Origin: Promethearchaeota archaeon
Lineage (GTDB): Archaea; Asgardarchaeota; Lokiarchaeia; Sigyniarchaeales; SOKP01
Assembly (NCBI GenBank): GCA_029838195.1
Contig: JALGVJ010000003.1
Coordinates: 65,623-89,622 of the forward strand
Direction: 5' to 3'
DNA length: 24,000 nucleotides
This document shows, one piece after another, positions 23,731-24,000 of the stretch (position 1 is its first letter; each line of letters starts with the position of its first letter). Below the pieces are notes generated by a model. It worked only from the letters and a program-made list of their open reading frames with translations, searched no databases and had not been told where the DNA came from. Position numbers and translations under genes: made by a program.

Positions 23731-24000
23731 ATGATGAATGGTATAAAAGAAACTTTAGAATTATTGAAAAACCAAAAAATTTCGGTTGAAGAGGCTGAAA
23801 AATTATTAAAAGCGAATTTCATCGAAGAAGTGGGCGATCTTGCTAAATTGGATGTTAATCGGCACGTGAGAACGGGTATTCCCGAAGTTATATATGCTAA
23901 GAATAAAGAAAAGAACATTTTAATAAATATCGTAAAATCTTTCCTCGAAAAAAAACAATTTGCCGTGATTTCCCGTTATAATGAAGAACAAAAACAATAT
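23731..24000 (+). CDS. larB: LarB-like / PurE-related (NCAIR-mutase-like, COG1691-type) protein, 5' part; runs off the right edge
   Basis: Not in the ORF track because there is no stop in the window. The ATG ATG at 23731 lies 3 nt after the GH20-like stop. The translation MMNGIKETLELLKNQKISVEEAEKLLKANFIEEVGDLAKLDVNRHVRTGIPEVIYAKNKEK... matches the family N-terminal pattern (a.lD..R..RtG.PEvi.g.gK) as I recall it. Confidence 0.6.
   Translation, partial: MMNGIKETLELLKNQKISVEEAEKLLKANFIEEVGDLAKLDVNRHVRTGIPEVIYAKNKEKNILINIVKSFLEKKQFAVISRYNEEQKQY

Overview
This is an AT-rich archaeal chromosomal window with compact genes and Shine-Dalgarno-like GGAGG/GGTGA motifs. It is most likely from an Asgard (Loki-type) archaeon. 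That is an inference: the window encodes a eukaryote-type ESCRT set, and ESCRT-II homologues are otherwise unknown in prokaryotes. The set comprises a Vps22/36-like EAP30 protein, a Vps25-like protein, Vps4, and a CHMP2/Vps2-like ESCRT-III (12.3-16.1 kb). Other genes, left to right:
- a MIT+TPR protein, partial at the left edge
- a sphingosine-1-phosphate-lyase-like PLP enzyme
- an NDP-sugar pyrophosphorylase
- a Cys-type sulfatase with two MFS/GPH transporters
- a CYTH protein
- a NOP2/Sun RNA m5C methyltransferase convergent with a NIP7-like PUA protein
- a PfkB kinase
- two intron-containing tRNAs
- a zinc-ribbon protein of unknown function and a 4-TM protein
- phosphoglycerate kinase
- a large GH20-like hydrolase
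- the start of a LarB-like gene

Points worth a second look:
1. The ESCRT-III gene has a conserved-looking N-terminus but no canonical start codon.
2. The Vps25 homologue carries a ~120-aa coiled-coil N-terminal extension.
3. A MIT-TPR fusion gives a second MIT-domain protein in the window.
4. tRNA-Gly(GCC) is interrupted by two non-canonical introns (D-loop and T-loop), with bulge-helix-bulge structure readable in the sequence.
5. Two ~137-bp direct repeats with palindromic AACTTAAGTT ends bracket the 5-kb sulfatase/transporter cassette. Next to one copy lies an ORF-free, GC-enriched segment.

No CRISPR array, rRNA, integrase or transposase was seen. All functional calls rest on motif recognition by eye; no database search was run.
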